Positions 25,179 to 40,033 are shown, counted from the first letter of the whole stretch. The stretch: 63,126 bases of DNA, filler included, from Octopus bimaculoides (GCF_001194135.2; 5 parts of 5 records of this genome joined end to end with filler, not necessarily neighbours in it); one strand, 5' to 3'. Notes: a model not told the origin generated them from the letters alone. A program made the numbers and translations.

Positions 25179-25260
25179 AACCGGAATCCTCGACGTCGTA
25201 ACCGACGGAGTGCCAACTAACCAACCATATACATATACGCGCGCGCACGTATGTGTGAGC

Positions 25261-25307
<47 letters not shown>

Positions 25308-26964
25308 ATTTTTGTATTTGGTTTGCAAGATTCTTGATGTGAATTCGTGTGTCGAAACAAATTTTGCTGATTCAGTAATAATAAACACACGCACTGGTTC
25401 AATTCTACCTCTGTATCACTAGTGAACTGATTAAATATCTAACCAACTAACGAAATTGTTGAAAAGGTAGCGAGGAACGACGAAAGAATAGAATGTCGTT
25501 GACCATGGATCATCTATTCGATTACAACTGACTTAGAGTCTAAAGTACAATAACAACAACGATAATTACAGCTGTTCTGCCTTTGAATGACACGGCAGTA
25601 AAATTGCGAAGCCTTCCTTCATATTTTCGAGATACGTGTACATATTTTACATATTTTTTCAGGGAGGGAAGACAATACGGAAAAAAGAACAAAAAGGGGT
25701 AAAAAAATGGAAAACACTGAACAAAAGTTTCGTAAAACAAGGGCCCGTAGAAAAGGGATTCAGAAGTTATCATTTCTATTGCATTTTGATGCCTTTTGAT
25801 GGATCTTCCAAGTATAATGTCGTTCCATTATGGATTTTCCAGTCAGATTTGTTCTGGCTATTATTAAGGATTACGTCTAATTGCACACCAAGCTTTTTCA
25901 TGACAACTTGACAGTTTCTTTATCCTCGTCGTTTCACTCGCCATTTTTTTTTTTCGCTTTCTTCTTCTTCTTGATAAATTTTTACGTCTGCTTTGTAATA
26001 TATATGTGTATGCATATATGTGTATGTATATATATATATATATATATATATNNNNNNNNNNNNNNNNNNNNNNNNNNNNNNNNNNNNNNNNNNNNNNNNN
26101 NNNNNNNNNNNNNNNNNNNNNNNNNNNNNNNNNNNNNNNNNNNNNNNNNNNNNNNNNNNNNNNNNNNNNNNNNNNNNNNNNNNNNNNNNNNNNNNNNNNN
26201 NNNNNNNNNNNNNNNNNNNNNNNNNNNNNNNNNNNNNNNNNNNNNNNNNNNNNNNNNNNNNNNNNNNNNNNNNNNNNNNNNNNNNNNNNNNNNNNNNNNN
26301 NNNNNNNNNNNNNNNNNNNNNNNNNNNNNNNNNNNNNNNNNNNNNNNNNNNNNNNNNNNNNNNNNNNNNNNNNNNNNNNNNNNNNNNNNNNNNNNNNNNN
26401 NNNNNNNNNNNNNNNNNNNNNNNNNNNNNNNNNNNNNNNNNNNNNNNNNNNNNNNNNNNNNNNNNNNNNNNNNNNNNNNNNNNNNNNNNNNNNNNNNTAT
26501 ATATATACATATATACATATATACATACATTCATACATACGTACACATATGTATGTATATGCATATACAAATATATCCATACTTGTGTGTCTGTGTATGT
26601 GTGTATATGTATATGAATATATATACACATACATATACGTACACATATTCCCAGTTTGTTTCTATTTTTTATAATTATAAATACCGTTTTTCGTTTCGTA
26701 ACTCATTTCTGCTTTCACTAATAATATTAAGAAAGATCACACTTCAACGCATGAACATCGTGATGTCCAAGCATGGTAGCCCAATCTACTAAAAAATAAT
26801 TTATCCATATAACTGTCTGAGAACCGATTACATTTCCTGAAGTTTATGTTTTACTGACGAGATCATAATAGAACCATATCTTCTCAATTATCTCCCTTTT
26901 CGACAAAATAATTAACATTAGATTAGGTAATCATATCTGTGACAGGGGTTTCCCTCAACACACC

Positions 26965-27180
26965 ATTCGAGCTGGCAGGACCGTTAGCACGCTGGGCAAA
27001 ATGCTTAGCAGCATTTCGTTCGTCTTTACGTTCTGAGTTCAAATTCCACCGAGGTCGACTTTGCTTTTCATTCTTTCAGGGTAAATGAATTAAGCAGCAG
27101 TGAAACACTGGGATCGATTTAATCGACTAGTACCCTCCCCCAAAATTTCAGGCCTTGTGTCAATAGTAGATGCTTTCAAT
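26965..27180 (+). mobile_element. SINE family B
   Basis: GAGCTGGCAGGACCGTTAGCACGCTGGGC..GAGTTCAAATTCCACCGAGGTCGAC. Confidence 0.85.
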
Positions 27181-27648
27181 TCTTTCTCTTTTCGTTCCGG
27201 ATCACTTTGTTCCATCTCGCCTGACTCGAAACTCACAGCGTCTTTGTCCAAGTGCTGTTCTGCTTCCACGAACAAGGAAGTCTTTCTACCGTCGTAGCTT
27301 TTTTCTTTGAACTGCCAGAATTTGGAACTCTCTTATTTTACCACACTTCCTATGACCTGAACTCTTTCAATTCTAAAGTAAATTCATTCCTTTCATTTTA
27401 ATTTCTCCTTCTACATAGTCCCTTACACTAAGTGACTTCACGCCTCGTTTGGGACATTCTCATAAATAAAATAAATAAATAATAACTAGACACTCTGGGG
27501 GAATTAAATAGAGTAAACAGCTACCATCACTCAAAATATTTCATTTTGCGACATTTGACCTAATCGCCTAAACTAAAAAAAGAAAAGTAAAACATGATGA
27601 CCTTGGGTCAATGTGAACAGCAACAGCAGCAGCAACATCAACATCATC

Positions 27649-27680
<32 letters not shown>

Positions 27681-27734
27681 CATCATCATCATTGGCATCA
27701 TCGTCATTATTATTTTCATTATCATAAACGTGAC

Positions 27735-27960
27735 GACCTGCCAGAGTCGTTAGCACACCGGGCACAATGCTGAGCGGCATTTCGTCGGCATTGACGTTTT
27801 GTGTTCAAATTCCGTCGAGGTCGAATTGTCTTTCATTCTTTCAGGGCCGATAAAAGAAGTCCCAGTTGAACACTGGGGTCGGTGTAATCGACTTGCCCTC
27901 TTCCTCGAGGTTGCTGGCCTGGTTCCAAAATTAAAATCTATCATTATTACTATTATCATT
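27735..27960 (+). mobile_element. SINE family B with ATT-rich tail
   Basis: Family B body ending in TCATTATTACTATTATCATT. Confidence 0.85.
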
Positions 27961-28585
27961 TTACTTCTCAAAGTGTTCGGTCTTGTTTGCTCTGGTTGAT
28001 TCTGTGAGAGCAGAAAGCAGACTGCTATCAGAGGTCTCCAAGGGTCTCTTTCCGCACATTATAAACTCTGATACTTGGTTGTTAATTATTGTGGGAGACA
28101 TTCCACATCCAAGTACCAATCTCAAAATCCCAACTGTCCCCAGCAGAGCAGTTTTTGAGGAGCTTGCTCTCCTCTCATGTCAGTTCCGATTTCTTCGACA
28201 AATTACTCGATCTTGAATGTTTCGAGTGCCCCTACAACTACTGGAATGACAGACACTCTCCTCAAAGTCCACATTCTTGTCTTGCAATTTTGTCTTTTAG
28301 TAGTCTGTACTTTTCGATCTTTTCTAATTTTTTGTCACTTATGCGTGCATCTCCAGATCTATGATCTTGGTTTCCTTTTTTCCTTTACCTACCACAACAA
28401 TATTTGGTTTTCAAGCCTCGATTAGCGAGTCACATTGGATTGTAAAATCCCACATTATCTTATGTTCCTTGTTCTTGGTCACTCCTTCTGGTTCATGTTC
28501 GTACCATTTTCGCGCTGTGTTTAGGCCATACTTTTCACATAGCCTCCAGTGGACGAACTTAGCCACGTTATCGTGCCTCTATTAT
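27960..28585 (-). pseudogene. R4/Dong-type non-LTR retrotransposon 3' end (restriction-like endonuclease)
   Basis: RHDNVAKFVHWRLCEKYG..KWYEHEPEGV..KIMWDFTIQCD..KPNIVVV..KIID..IPVVVGAL; stops and frameshifts present. Confidence 0.85.
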
Positions 28586-28773
28586 TAAAAATATAATTGG
28601 CAATTTCCTCGCCTTTAGACAAATTTGGCAGAATTCTATGACGAATAAATCTTTTTACTGCATCTTAAGAAACATATATACAAACACACACGCACATGTA
28701 CACGCAGGCAAACACACTTGTATAGACACGGACACACATTGACAAAATTACACACACACGCACAAATATATAC

Positions 28774-28825
<52 letters not shown>

Positions 28826-29048
28826 ATTCACGAGCCCATAAACGCACACACGCACAGATATACATACATACATATATATATATAAATGCATACATACATG
28901 CATACATACATACAAGCATACATAGTTCATACATTCATACATACATAATTACATGCATACATGCATACATACATACATATTGTCACAGTGACACATTTCA
29001 TTGATGTATCAAATGATGTAAAGTTTCGTGTCTTAAATGATCGATGAC

Positions 29049-29131
<83 letters not shown>

Positions 29132-29308
29132 ATACGTGTGGTTGGATGGAAAGAGATGGATGTTTGTTGTTGCAGAGAGGGTCACATGACCACATGAGGT
29201 AAAAAGAAAAATAACGAAACGAAGAGAAATTACAAAAGAAAGGTAGAAAAGCAGGGGGAGACACAAAAAGGTAAAGGTAAAAAATGAGAGACAGACAGAC
29301 AGTCAGTC

Positions 29309-29353
<45 letters not shown>

Positions 29354-29966
29354 TTAAAATAAAACGTAAACTGAGGGAAAAGGAACCCTAACCTCACCAT
29401 TTAAAGAATAAATGTAAGAAAATAAAAATTAAGGAAAGGAAAAAAAAAGAAAAGAAATTGAAGAATTATTTTTATTCTAAAATACAAGCATATATAAGTG
29501 TGTGTGTATGTGTGTTTATGTTTTTGTGTGTGTGTTTCTGTGTGTGCGCGCACGCACATTCGTGTGATCACGTATGTGTATAAGTGTGTGCAAATAAAAA
29601 GTGCCAGCCATAAAGCTTCCTTAAAAGAAACTATTTTCTTTATATAATATTTTGGTCATATAGCTCCTATTCACGAACAAAAGAACCCCCCCCCCCTCCA
29701 AAAAAAATTACATGGAGTACAGATGTAGGAGGGGTTTCATATTTGGTCATATCTTGTGTCGGTGTTTTGGGGGAATTCACTTTCATTGCCTTGCGGTTTA
29801 TATAATCATGTTGACATTCTGCTTCATGGATCAGAATAAACGCTCACCACAGCTTATAATACTTGTTTGTTTTTTTAGGTAAAATAAGCTGTCCGATGGT
29901 TTATTTTTAATTGGGTCCGTGTTAGTCTTAGAAACGAAATCGTTCTATCGTTGCCTTTGTCGTCGC

Positions 29967-30014
<48 letters not shown>

Positions 30015-30290
30015 GTCTCATCTCGTATATGATACAGCAGACCTAAGATTACATTAGTCCTAACCGTGTCCATCCGTCTTCTTTTCAGGAATAGTGTATC
30101 TTAGATTACGTTAACCAATGTACTCTTCCGATATTTAAGACAGTGAATAGGTTGTGGTTTGAGTCAATCATTCGCAGGATGATCCATCAATAAGTGGATC
30201 AATGCATTATTTAAGAGGATTATATGATTCGGGTTTGAAAGTCGCACAAATTTGGCTGTTCTTTCTAGCTCGACGAGTTATCATATAGAC

Positions 30291-30580
30291 CAGGGGTTCT
30301 GAACAATTTTTCATCTATGGACCCCTTTGATTACATTCAATGTCTAAAAACTAATTTTTTAGAAACTTTTCTCGAAATTCCTATTTCCTACGCAAAATGT
30401 TAGAGAAAGAAACCTAGCTACTTCTTGCGATACATACCAATACATACATCTAAAGCAAAGTTTTTTAAGGAGCCATTAAAATACTATTGCGGATCCCCAA
30501 TTTACTATTTTCTTGCATGGACCCCCAACAATTTTTTATGGACCCCCAAGGACTATATGAACCGTGGTTGAGAACCTCTG
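30291..30580. mobile_element. hAT (Charlie-like) MITE
   Basis: TIRs CAGGGGTTCTGAAC and GTTGAGAACCTCTG. Flanks ATATAGAC and A-ATAGAC fit an 8-bp TA-centred TSD with one deletion. Confidence 0.8.
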
Positions 30581-31229
30581 AATAGACGCTCAACCGTTTC
30601 CACAATTTTCTGTTATTAAGCTTGGTAAAGTGACGTAATCGATAGAAGATTAAATTTAAATTTTTGAATGTTAAATTCTCTGCATTCTCAATTTAGATCC
30701 TACTGATTACGAAGCATTCTAGCGTCTATTTGAAATATTTTTTGGTATGACCTGGAGTCAACCTGAAAAATGAAATCCTATTGATTTTTCTTTTTTTTTT
30801 TCATATTTCTTTAAGTGTACGTCACTGATATATTCTTTTTTTTTTTTTTAATAGGCCTTCGCATTTGGATGTCATATGTCTTGAAATAACGACAGATACA
30901 ACACTAACAATAATAGCAGTGATAACAACTATAGCAACAGATACAACATTTGCAATGGTTGCAACAATACCAACAACAGCAGCAGACGCAACACCAGTAA
31001 TGATAGCAACACTCACAATAATAGCAACAGCATATTCTCAAATAACAGACGTAAGAAGAAGACATGTGCCTATCAGCCAATGATGGGGTTCACTGTATAA
31101 TCAGCCAAAATCACGTGCTATTGTCACAAAGAAGAATAGATTGAGTAGCCAAAGGTACACTCAGCCAGTTATATTCGTTGCTTGGCAATTAGTAGGTGCA
31201 ATCATTTTATGTAACTTTTCGATGTGACG

Positions 31230-31440
31230 TAAGATGGTGAGCTGGCAGAATTGTAAGCATGCCGGGAAAAAAATGCTTAGCCGCATCTCGTCCGTCTGCA
31301 AGGTCTGAGGTCAAATTGCGCCGTGGTTGACTTCGCTTTTTATCCTTTTGGGGTTGACAAAATAAGTACCAGCTGAGCACTGGGGCCGATGTAATCGGCT
31401 ACCCCCTCCCATAGTAGAAAGGGTATTATTATTGTTATTA
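31230..31440 (+). mobile_element. SINE family B
   Basis: GGTGAGCTGGCAGAATTG..AAATGCTTAGC; tail runs into (TAT)n/(AGT)n/(AGC)n/(GGT)n arrays to ~31623. Confidence 0.8.
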
Positions 31441-31456
31441 TTATTATTATTATTAT

Positions 31457-31564
<108 letters not shown>

Positions 31565-32682
31565 NNNNNNNNNNNNGTGGTGGTGGTGGTGGTGGTGGTG
31601 GTGGTGGTGGTGGTGGTGGTGGTGTTTCACTTTTTCACGAACCGCTACAGTCCACTAAGCGGTAGCAACATTTCGTCACTGTGTCTGGTGGTGTAAGAGT
31701 AATTCAGTGATAGCTCGCTCACCACCACCACAACCACTACCACCATCAACAACAACAACACTAAAATCATCTCCACTAAACCACCATTCTCCAGTGTAAC
31801 TACCACCTCTCCTCCATCACTATAACCATCCACAGCAAGAACCACCACTACCACAACCACCACTACCATAACCAACACTACCAACTTCATCACCACCAGC
31901 CCCACCAACACCACCATCACCAACAACACCAACACCGCCGCAAACGCCACCACCAACACCGACATCTGACTGACCTACTTGACCAGTGGAATGATGAAAC
32001 TGATTGTCTTCACCACGCATGTCTTCATTGCACGTGACCCTAGCAATCAGGAGCTTGCTGGTAGTGACACCAACCGAGTAAGACCACGACATCTAACGTC
32101 TGTCATGTGACCAGCTCAAACCATACACAGCAATTTACACCTCGCGTCAAGCAAGCTTTGTATTTCCTCTCCCGTCTCCTCCTCTTCCCCACCACTCATT
32201 ATTCATGAACATCTGTGTGTCTGTCTATCAGTTTGATCATCTTGTTTATATATTTCTCGCTAGTGGGCAGATGGCAAAATGGTTAGAGCATCGAACAAAC
32301 TGCATTGTTGTATTTCTTTCAGCATTGTACGTCCTGAGCTCAAATCTCTCTAAGTACTAGGCTTACAAAGAATAAATCCTGGGGTCGATTTGTTCGATTA
32401 AAAGCATGGCCGCAGTCAAAATGACTAAAAGGAATAAAAGAATAAAAGAATAAAAGATTGCGTATAGATAAGTTTATACAAGCACACACAAATACACATA
32501 CAAACACAAACGTACATACACACACACACACGCACACACACACATATACGCTTGCACTCACACGACAGACACACACTACGTACACATGCTCACAGAGTCA
32601 CAAATACACACATGTACATATACACACATGCATACGCACACACACATACACGCACGAATACACAAAATATTTGCATGCCCAG

Positions 32683-32784
32683 GCTGCACATCAAGGATTG
32701 GAAATTAAAGCCATTAAAAGACCTACAAGTGGAGGACAAGATGGCTGCTTCGAGATAATTGTAAGGGCAGCCATTAAGCAAGCA
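32683..32784 (+). CDS. Candidate isolated 102-nt phase-0 exon, product unknown
   Basis: CCCAG| acceptor and |GTGAGT donor; only one frame open (AAHQGLEIKAIKRPTSGGQDGCFEIIVRAAIKQA). No homology recognised. Confidence 0.2.
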
Positions 32785-32836
32785 GTGAGTGTTTGAGTGT
32801 CTATGCCTGTATAAGTATGTGTGTGTGTATGTGTCT

Positions 32837-32906
<70 letters not shown>

Positions 32907-33373
32907 CTGTATGTTTGCGTGCTTGCGTGTTCTATAACTCTATTAAAGCTATGATAGGGAAATATCGCACAGCCGATATCATATAACAGCGTGGTATAAA
33001 CAAAGTTTGCTGACATTTCATTTCGTGGTATTCTCTCACCCTTAGCCTCGCCCTCACACTGGCATGACACCACCTCCTGTCTCATCCCCACCCTTCACTT
33101 CCTAATCATTCCCTCAAGACGAGGTCAGTGTCGTGACTTCTGACCCAAAGAAATTAATAGCCCCCAATACCTCTTCATAATTCTTTTTATCTTTTCCGCT
33201 ATTGGACAGTTCCAGCTTCGATTTACAAACTCGTCTTCCCTCCTTTGGTCATTATAACTATGCGTCTTTGAGAGAGGAGAGTTGGACAGAGGGGGGAATG
33301 GGGGGGGGCAGAGAGAGATAGAGAGAGAAAGTGCGTGTACGTATGCATACGTATTAAACACATATCTCTATGC

Positions 33374-33406
<33 letters not shown>

Positions 33407-33734
33407 TATGGATGAATGTTCATATGCATATATGTATATACTTATGTATATGTATGTATGCAAATAGACATACAAATGTGCGTATGCATATATAAATCTA
33501 TATACATATATATATGCATATGTATATATATGTGTGTGTGTGTATGTTCGTGTATGTATGTTATATATATATATATATATATATACATATATATGCATAT
33601 ATATATATATGTATATATATGTATATATATATGTATGTGTGTGTGTGTGCGTTTGTGTGTGTATGTACGGTGAGTAAATTGTCGTCGTTATATATTTTAA
33701 TTTCAAGCATGCGCATTGCTTCTTTTTCATTTTG

Positions 33735-33916
33735 TCGATTTCAATTAATTCTGAAAATTATGAAGAATTTAGTAAAATAACGTTGTCATAATTATCTTGG
33801 TGTATGGAACATAAATCAACAAGGAATTTTGAAAGGTCCTAATTTAGATCACTTTAAACTAAGTTTGCATCATAGAAGCAGAGTCAGTCTTGTTCGAGTT
33901 GCTATCAAAGGGTTAA
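33735..33916. mobile_element. piggyBac-like MITE, one end
   Basis: Ends TATCAAAGGG-TTAA; an inverse-oriented decayed relative lies at ~41024-41175. Confidence 0.45.
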
Positions 33917-34675
33917 TAGGTTTATGGGATGATATGATTCTGGCTTGCCATTATATCTAGATGGTCACGGCTGTTATGCTGTTTTGTTTTTTCTTAGACA
34001 CAGGAAATCAAGCGTAACCTGTCACTAAAACATAATCAGATTTGCAGTAGCAATATTGGGTGACTTGAGACAACGAGAGTAAATTCCTGTGTTTGCTTTA
34101 CTTACGAGAAATAGCAGCCATTTTTTATTTTTTTCAAATCTGATTTCAGCGTTTTAATAACGGAATGGTAACTGTGAAAAATGTAACATTGTGGGTGTGG
34201 AAAAGAGACGCAATAGTGTAATGACATTGTCCAATGCCTGGAACATTGTCTGTTGAATTGGAGCGAACCTGAAGCTGAACAACAACGCAAGCAACAACAA
34301 CAACGATGACGACAACAACAACAATAAATGAACAAACAAAAAGAAAACGAAACGTTTCCAAAGAGTAAAGAAATTATGATTTAGTTGTGGAATTTCTATT
34401 GAAATACATTCTTCATTCTTCTTTTATTCCTGTCAATCAAAGTTTTGGTTCTGCTTCATTGTTGCTGTTCTTGTTGTTGTTGTAGCTATTTTTTTTCTTT
34501 TTGTTCTTGAAACGAAAACGTCATCATTCTTGCTTTCCTCATGGCATCGCATGATGGGCGGAAATGTTCTTCTTCTTCCAGTTGTTTCTTCCTTTTGCTG
34601 TAAGAATTCTTCGCTATTTATTTTTATATTTTCTATTCTTTTCCTTTATTCTTCGTTTTTAGCATCTATTTTTGC

Positions 34676-34716
<41 letters not shown>

Positions 34717-35396
34717 NNNNNNNNNNNNNNNNNNNNNNNNNNNNNNNNNNNNNNNNNNNNNNNNNNNNNNNNNNNNNNNNNNNNNNNNNNNNNNNNNNNN
34801 NNNNNNNNNNNNNNNNNNNNNNNNNNNNNNNNNNNNNNNNNNNNNNNNNNNNNNNNNNNNNNNNNNNNNNNNNNNNNNNNNNNNNNNNNNNNNNNNNNNN
34901 NNNNNNNNNNNNNNNNNNNNNNNNNNNNNNNNNNNNNNNNNNNNNNNNNNNNNNNNNNNNNNNNNNNNNNNNNNNNNNNNNNNNNNNNNNNNNNNNNNNN
35001 NNNNNNNNNNNNNNNNNNNNNNNNNNNNNNNNNNNNNNNNNNNNNNNNNNNNNNNNNNNNNNNNNNNNNNNNNNNNNNNNNNNNNNNNNNNNNNNNNNNN
35101 NNNNNNNNNNNNNNNNNNNNNNNNNNNNNNNNNNNNNNNNNNNNNNNNNNNNNNNNNNNNNNNNNNNNNNNNNNNNNNNNNNNNNNNNNNNNNNNNNNNN
35201 NNNNNNNNNNNNNNNNNNNNNNNNNNNNNNNNNNNNNNNNNNNNNNNNNNNNNNNNNNNNNNNNNNNNNNNNNNNNNNNNNNNNNNNNNNNNNNNNNNNN
35301 NNNNNNNNNNNNNNNNNNNNNNNNNNNNNNNNNNNNNNNNNNNNNNNNNNNNNNNNNNNNNNNNNNNNNNNNNNNNNNNNNNNNNNNNNNNNNNNN

Positions 35397-35448
<52 letters not shown>

Positions 35449-35713
35449 AATATATGTATGTATATATATACACACATAGATATATATACACAAACATATT
35501 AATTTACATGTCTATAATACATGCACACACATGCGCGCACATACACACCCACCAGTTCACGACGCATATGGGAATATGTAAGGAAAGAGTAAGATTTCAA
35601 ATAGCAGGTGTACGAAGGAAAACAATGAGAATGTCTGTAATGGGAAAAGAAAGCGATTCTATCCCTTTCGCTACTATCGTCGTATTACTATCATCGTCGT
35701 CAACACCACCACC

Positions 35714-35757
<44 letters not shown>

Positions 35758-35965
35758 TATTATCGCTGTCGTCGTCATTATCATCATTATAGTCATTGAG
35801 ATAACCATGGATGTATCTGATATGCATACACACACATAGTATATATATACATACATATATATATANNNNNNNNNNNNNNNNNNNNNNNNNNNNNNNNNNN
35901 NNNNNNNNNTTAATTAATTAANNNNNNNNNNNNNNNNNNNNNNNNNNNNNNNNNNNNNNNNNNNN

Positions 35966-36008
<43 letters not shown>

Positions 36009-36339
36009 ATATGTATGTGTGTGTGTGTGTATATACGCTATTGGATATTTAAGCAATTCTCTAATTAATAACCAACTATGAAAACACTCAGTCAACAAAA
36101 TTTTACAAATTTGGTCTTTAAATACTTCAGAAGCCATACATTCATTTACAATGTATTTTCATGGCCTGTAAATACATAGCTACCCATACACACATGTGCA
36201 CAAACATATCTATTTATCTGTGGACAATACAGATATGCAATAACTATGCAAGAAATAAGTAAGAGGAAAAATGTGGTTTAACATCTTCCAAATGGGATCT
36301 CATTATACCAATATTTCTCATATACCATTGTGTGTTTGT

Positions 36340-36910
36340 TTTTTGTGAAGGTGCATGGCTTAGTGATCATGGTATTCAGCTCATGATCATAAAGTTGCAA
36401 GTTCAATTCCTGACGGTGCATTGTGACCTTGAGCAAGGCTCTTTATTTTATGTTGCTCCAGTCCACTCAGCTGGCAAAAATGAGTTGTACCAGTAATTCA
36501 GAAGAGCCAGCCTTGTCAGTTTCTTATTTCTTTATTGCCCACAAGGGACTAAACATAGAAGGGACAAACAGACGGATTAAGTCGATTATATCGACCCCAG
36601 TGCATGGCTGGTACTTTATTTATCGACCCCGAAAGGATGAAAGGCAAAGTCGACCTCGGCGGAATTTGAACACAGAACGTAATGGCAGACGAAATACCGC
36701 TAAGCATTTTGCCCGGCGCGCTAACGATTCTGCCAGCTCTAAACCTTCGCAGCCTTGTCAGATTGTGTCATGCTGAATCTCCCTGAGGACTATGTTAAAT
36801 ATATGTGTATGTGAAATGCTCAGCCACTTGCACATTAATTTCATGAGCAAGCTGTTCCATCAATCAAATCAACTGGAACACTTGTCGGCATAACCAATAG
36901 AGAGCCAGTC
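36340..36910 (+). mobile_element. Old SINE family C copy interrupted by a young family B copy (36530-36740, minus)
   Basis: CCTTGAGCAAGG..GCTCCAGTCCACTCAGCTGGCAAAAATG at 36427-36483, resuming with AGCCTTGTCA..GCTCAGCCACTTGCAC after the insert. Confidence 0.75.
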
Positions 36911-37161
36911 CACGTAAACATTCTTTCTCTTGACATATTTAGTTCCTAAAAACTATGCGAAGCCAAAATCAACTTCTCATAGTTTGTTGCTAGCCAACAA
37001 ATGTATAGTAAAGACCTGTTGCAATAGTTGTACTTTAGACTGTTGCTACAGACTCAAGGAGATTGAAGAGCAAATGAAATCAAATGCCATACATTTCACT
37101 ATACAAGTGTATAAAGTATAGTGACGTTAGTGTGTGTATGTGTGTAAACCTGGCATATATA

Positions 37162-37223
<62 letters not shown>

Positions 37224-37543
37224 ATGGTTCTAAAGCAATTGAAGAAAATGAGTTATAACCCATTGCTAGTATTGTCCTTAGAATATAAAATTTAGTTCAC
37301 AGAATTCATACATCGAAATTATTTTGGATGGCACCAAAATGCTAGACAGTGAGATATTGTTTTTATCATCCTTTTCAAATTCAGTCTCATCGAATGAAAA
37401 GACAGATTCTACTAAACTAATGAAAATTATCATCAAATCTTTCCTCTGGCACTCTTAATTATTTGATTGTTTTGACTCTAGCATCTACACACTCATGTAT
37501 ATATATATATATATGTATGTATATGTACATATGTATGTGTGCA

Positions 37544-37596
<53 letters not shown>

Positions 37597-39301
37597 CACT
37601 ATACACATATATATCTATATATGTATGTATAGAATTGCATGTCCATTTCTGTGACCCTTTGTACTATTCTTGTTTGTTCTTCCTTTCTTCCCCTTACACT
37701 GGATTATTTTCTTACCATTTCTCCACATTTCTGTCATAAGTAGATCATTGTTTCAATTTTCATTTCTTTCTTTGTTATTATTAATTATTACTATTATTAT
37801 TATTATTATTATTATCATTATTATTATTACTACTACTACTACTACCATCATCATCATCACCATTTTATTATAATCGTTGTCAATTTATGTATTTTTTTGT
37901 ATAATGTATTAGTTTTGGTTAGTTTATATCATTAGGTTATTATTTTTTTGTTTTCTTTCTTTCATTATTGAAAATGCAATATTGTCTTTTTCTTCATTTT
38001 ATTTATATTTCCTTTATGTGCTTTTTTTTCACTTGATTTAAAAATTAAAATAAATCCAGATAGTCTGTGGTTCTCTCCCCTCATATACTCTTAATACAGA
38101 GAAGACAATTCTCTGTCTGACACTATACGTTGTAGCAATGGCTGATAGATAAGATTTTACTGGAGTTACTCATTAAAAATTTTTTATCATTTCACAAAGA
38201 TCTACCTTAATAATTTGCCTGAACACTTAATCTTTCTTGAAGAGAAGTCTTTTGTTTTTTTAGTTGTATGATCTACCTTGGTCTCTTGGCTGCATGATTA
38301 CTAATTTCCTTAATGTCAGAAGATATCATCCAGGCTACTAATCCAGGAACTTTACAAGGCTGGGACTTGCAGCAAGCATGTAGGAGTTTCCATACTAGCC
38401 TAATTGCTTTTCAATATTTTCCTTTCATTCTTAAGATGAAAGACTGTTTTAGCGCTAAACCTAGAAATAGTATAGTAAAGTTCTATACACAAGATTAGTG
38501 TTCTGTGAGTTGAAGAATGGCACTTCCTGAAGTATTAGATGTCTCTTTTTCCCAACATGTTTGACCATTGGAGCGACAAGGACCATCTAGTAATCCTTAA
38601 GGATGACTGATGACTTGTGCAATGACTTTATTTAATGTGAATAGTTGCACACAGTCAACTTCACTCTCATCTGTGACCATCTTCAATCCATAAGCAAGAC
38701 CAGGTCAAGACAACTGGTGGAGACAGATGCAGTGATGACCAAAATGTCCTGCCTTATCTTGCTCCCTAAACTTCACAATGCATTGCTTCAGTTGCCTTCC
38801 CCTCTGTTAAACCATGAAGGTTTCTTCTGCAGAGTCTGCCAGATCCACTCTTCACATGCGTAGGCAAACAAGCCTTAATATGCTAATTAACTATAGCTGG
38901 AACCATGACAGGTGCTACTACTCCGGGTTAGAGTAGAATAAGGAACAATTGTGATTAAGATGTGGTTCTGTAAATTCTAGAACTCCCAAACCAGAGTACC
39001 ACTATCGAATGCTATTAAAAATCATCCCTAGGACGTCTTTCCCTACAACACATTAGCCCTTAACATCATGTTGAAAATTTTCTCTAATTCAAAAGCCCAG
39101 TCCTGTGATAATTCTCTTACAGAACAAAAATGAATGAACAATAAGGAAAGGGATTAGAGTTTTTATTCTCTTGCATTTCTTCCTATCTTCAAATGAATGT
39201 AAACAAAGTTAGTACTATACTTATGATATTGTACATTTCTGGACTGTCTAACTGATACAGTCCTGTGCAGTACTGTATTTACAGTAAGTTAAAAGTTAAC
39301 T

Positions 39302-39369
39302 TTATTTAACAGATTTCTGCAGAAGCAGGTCATTGTTAGTTTCTTCAACATCTGGTGTTAGACTTGAAG
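39302..39369 (-). CDS. Candidate terminal exon (pairs in phase with 40034-40079)
   Basis: TGATTTTCTTGCAG| acceptor, (A)SSLTPDVEETNNDLLLQKSVK*, overlapping AATAAA. Confidence 0.15.
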
Positions 39370-40033
39370 CTGCAAGAAAATCAGTTTGTCAGGCTTACAA
39401 GAATATCATTGACCATATTCCCAACTTGCGAGCTTAGTACTTCAGTTATTAGTAGCGTTACATTTGTTCTCATTCATGTTCTCAAGCCCAGTTCAGCTCT
39501 AATCCAGCAGACTTAGGATTAATGCTATTCTGGTCATGACTATATAATTGTTTTCTCAAACATAGTATATCCTATGATGATATTATCCTTTTTAAAATGA
39601 TTAAGGCTTGATTTTACCCTTTTAGCATTTAAACCAGCTATGTCAGGCCCAAACGGACCAATTCAACCAATAAAACAAGTGCCAATAAAATACCAGTCAA
39701 GTATTGGGGTTTTTGGTATAGAATAAGCCCTCTCTTCAAAACTGCTGGCTTTGTGCCTAAATTAGAAATGTTGTATACATATATTACTAAGGGCAATCAA
39801 ATAAGTACCAGTAAAACAGGCATGTCAATTCAGTTAACCCCTCTCAAAATGTGATTTTGTACATTATCATCAGCAGCAGTATTATCATTTATTATTATTT
39901 ATTATTATATATTATTATCATCATTTTTATTATTATTTTATTATTTTAGTGGATCTTGTATTATGGCAGTAATTTATTTGGGGAAGCAGTACATGATATA
40001 GTTCTTAGTTTCAGTTCTGTTCTTTTTTTTTAC

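Noticed and set aside
25640-25911. ORFs on both strands (91 aa plus strand; 41 aa minus strand)
   Set aside because: Low complexity, no homology recognised, weak splice context.
31645-32092. Mucin-like or Val/Gly-rich ORFs
   Set aside because: Degenerate (ACC)n/(CAA)n repeat with stops in the Thr-rich frame.
36290-36335. Minus-strand RNIGIM resembling the EF-G GTPase start
   Set aside because: Not followed by AHIDAGKT; judged a chance match.
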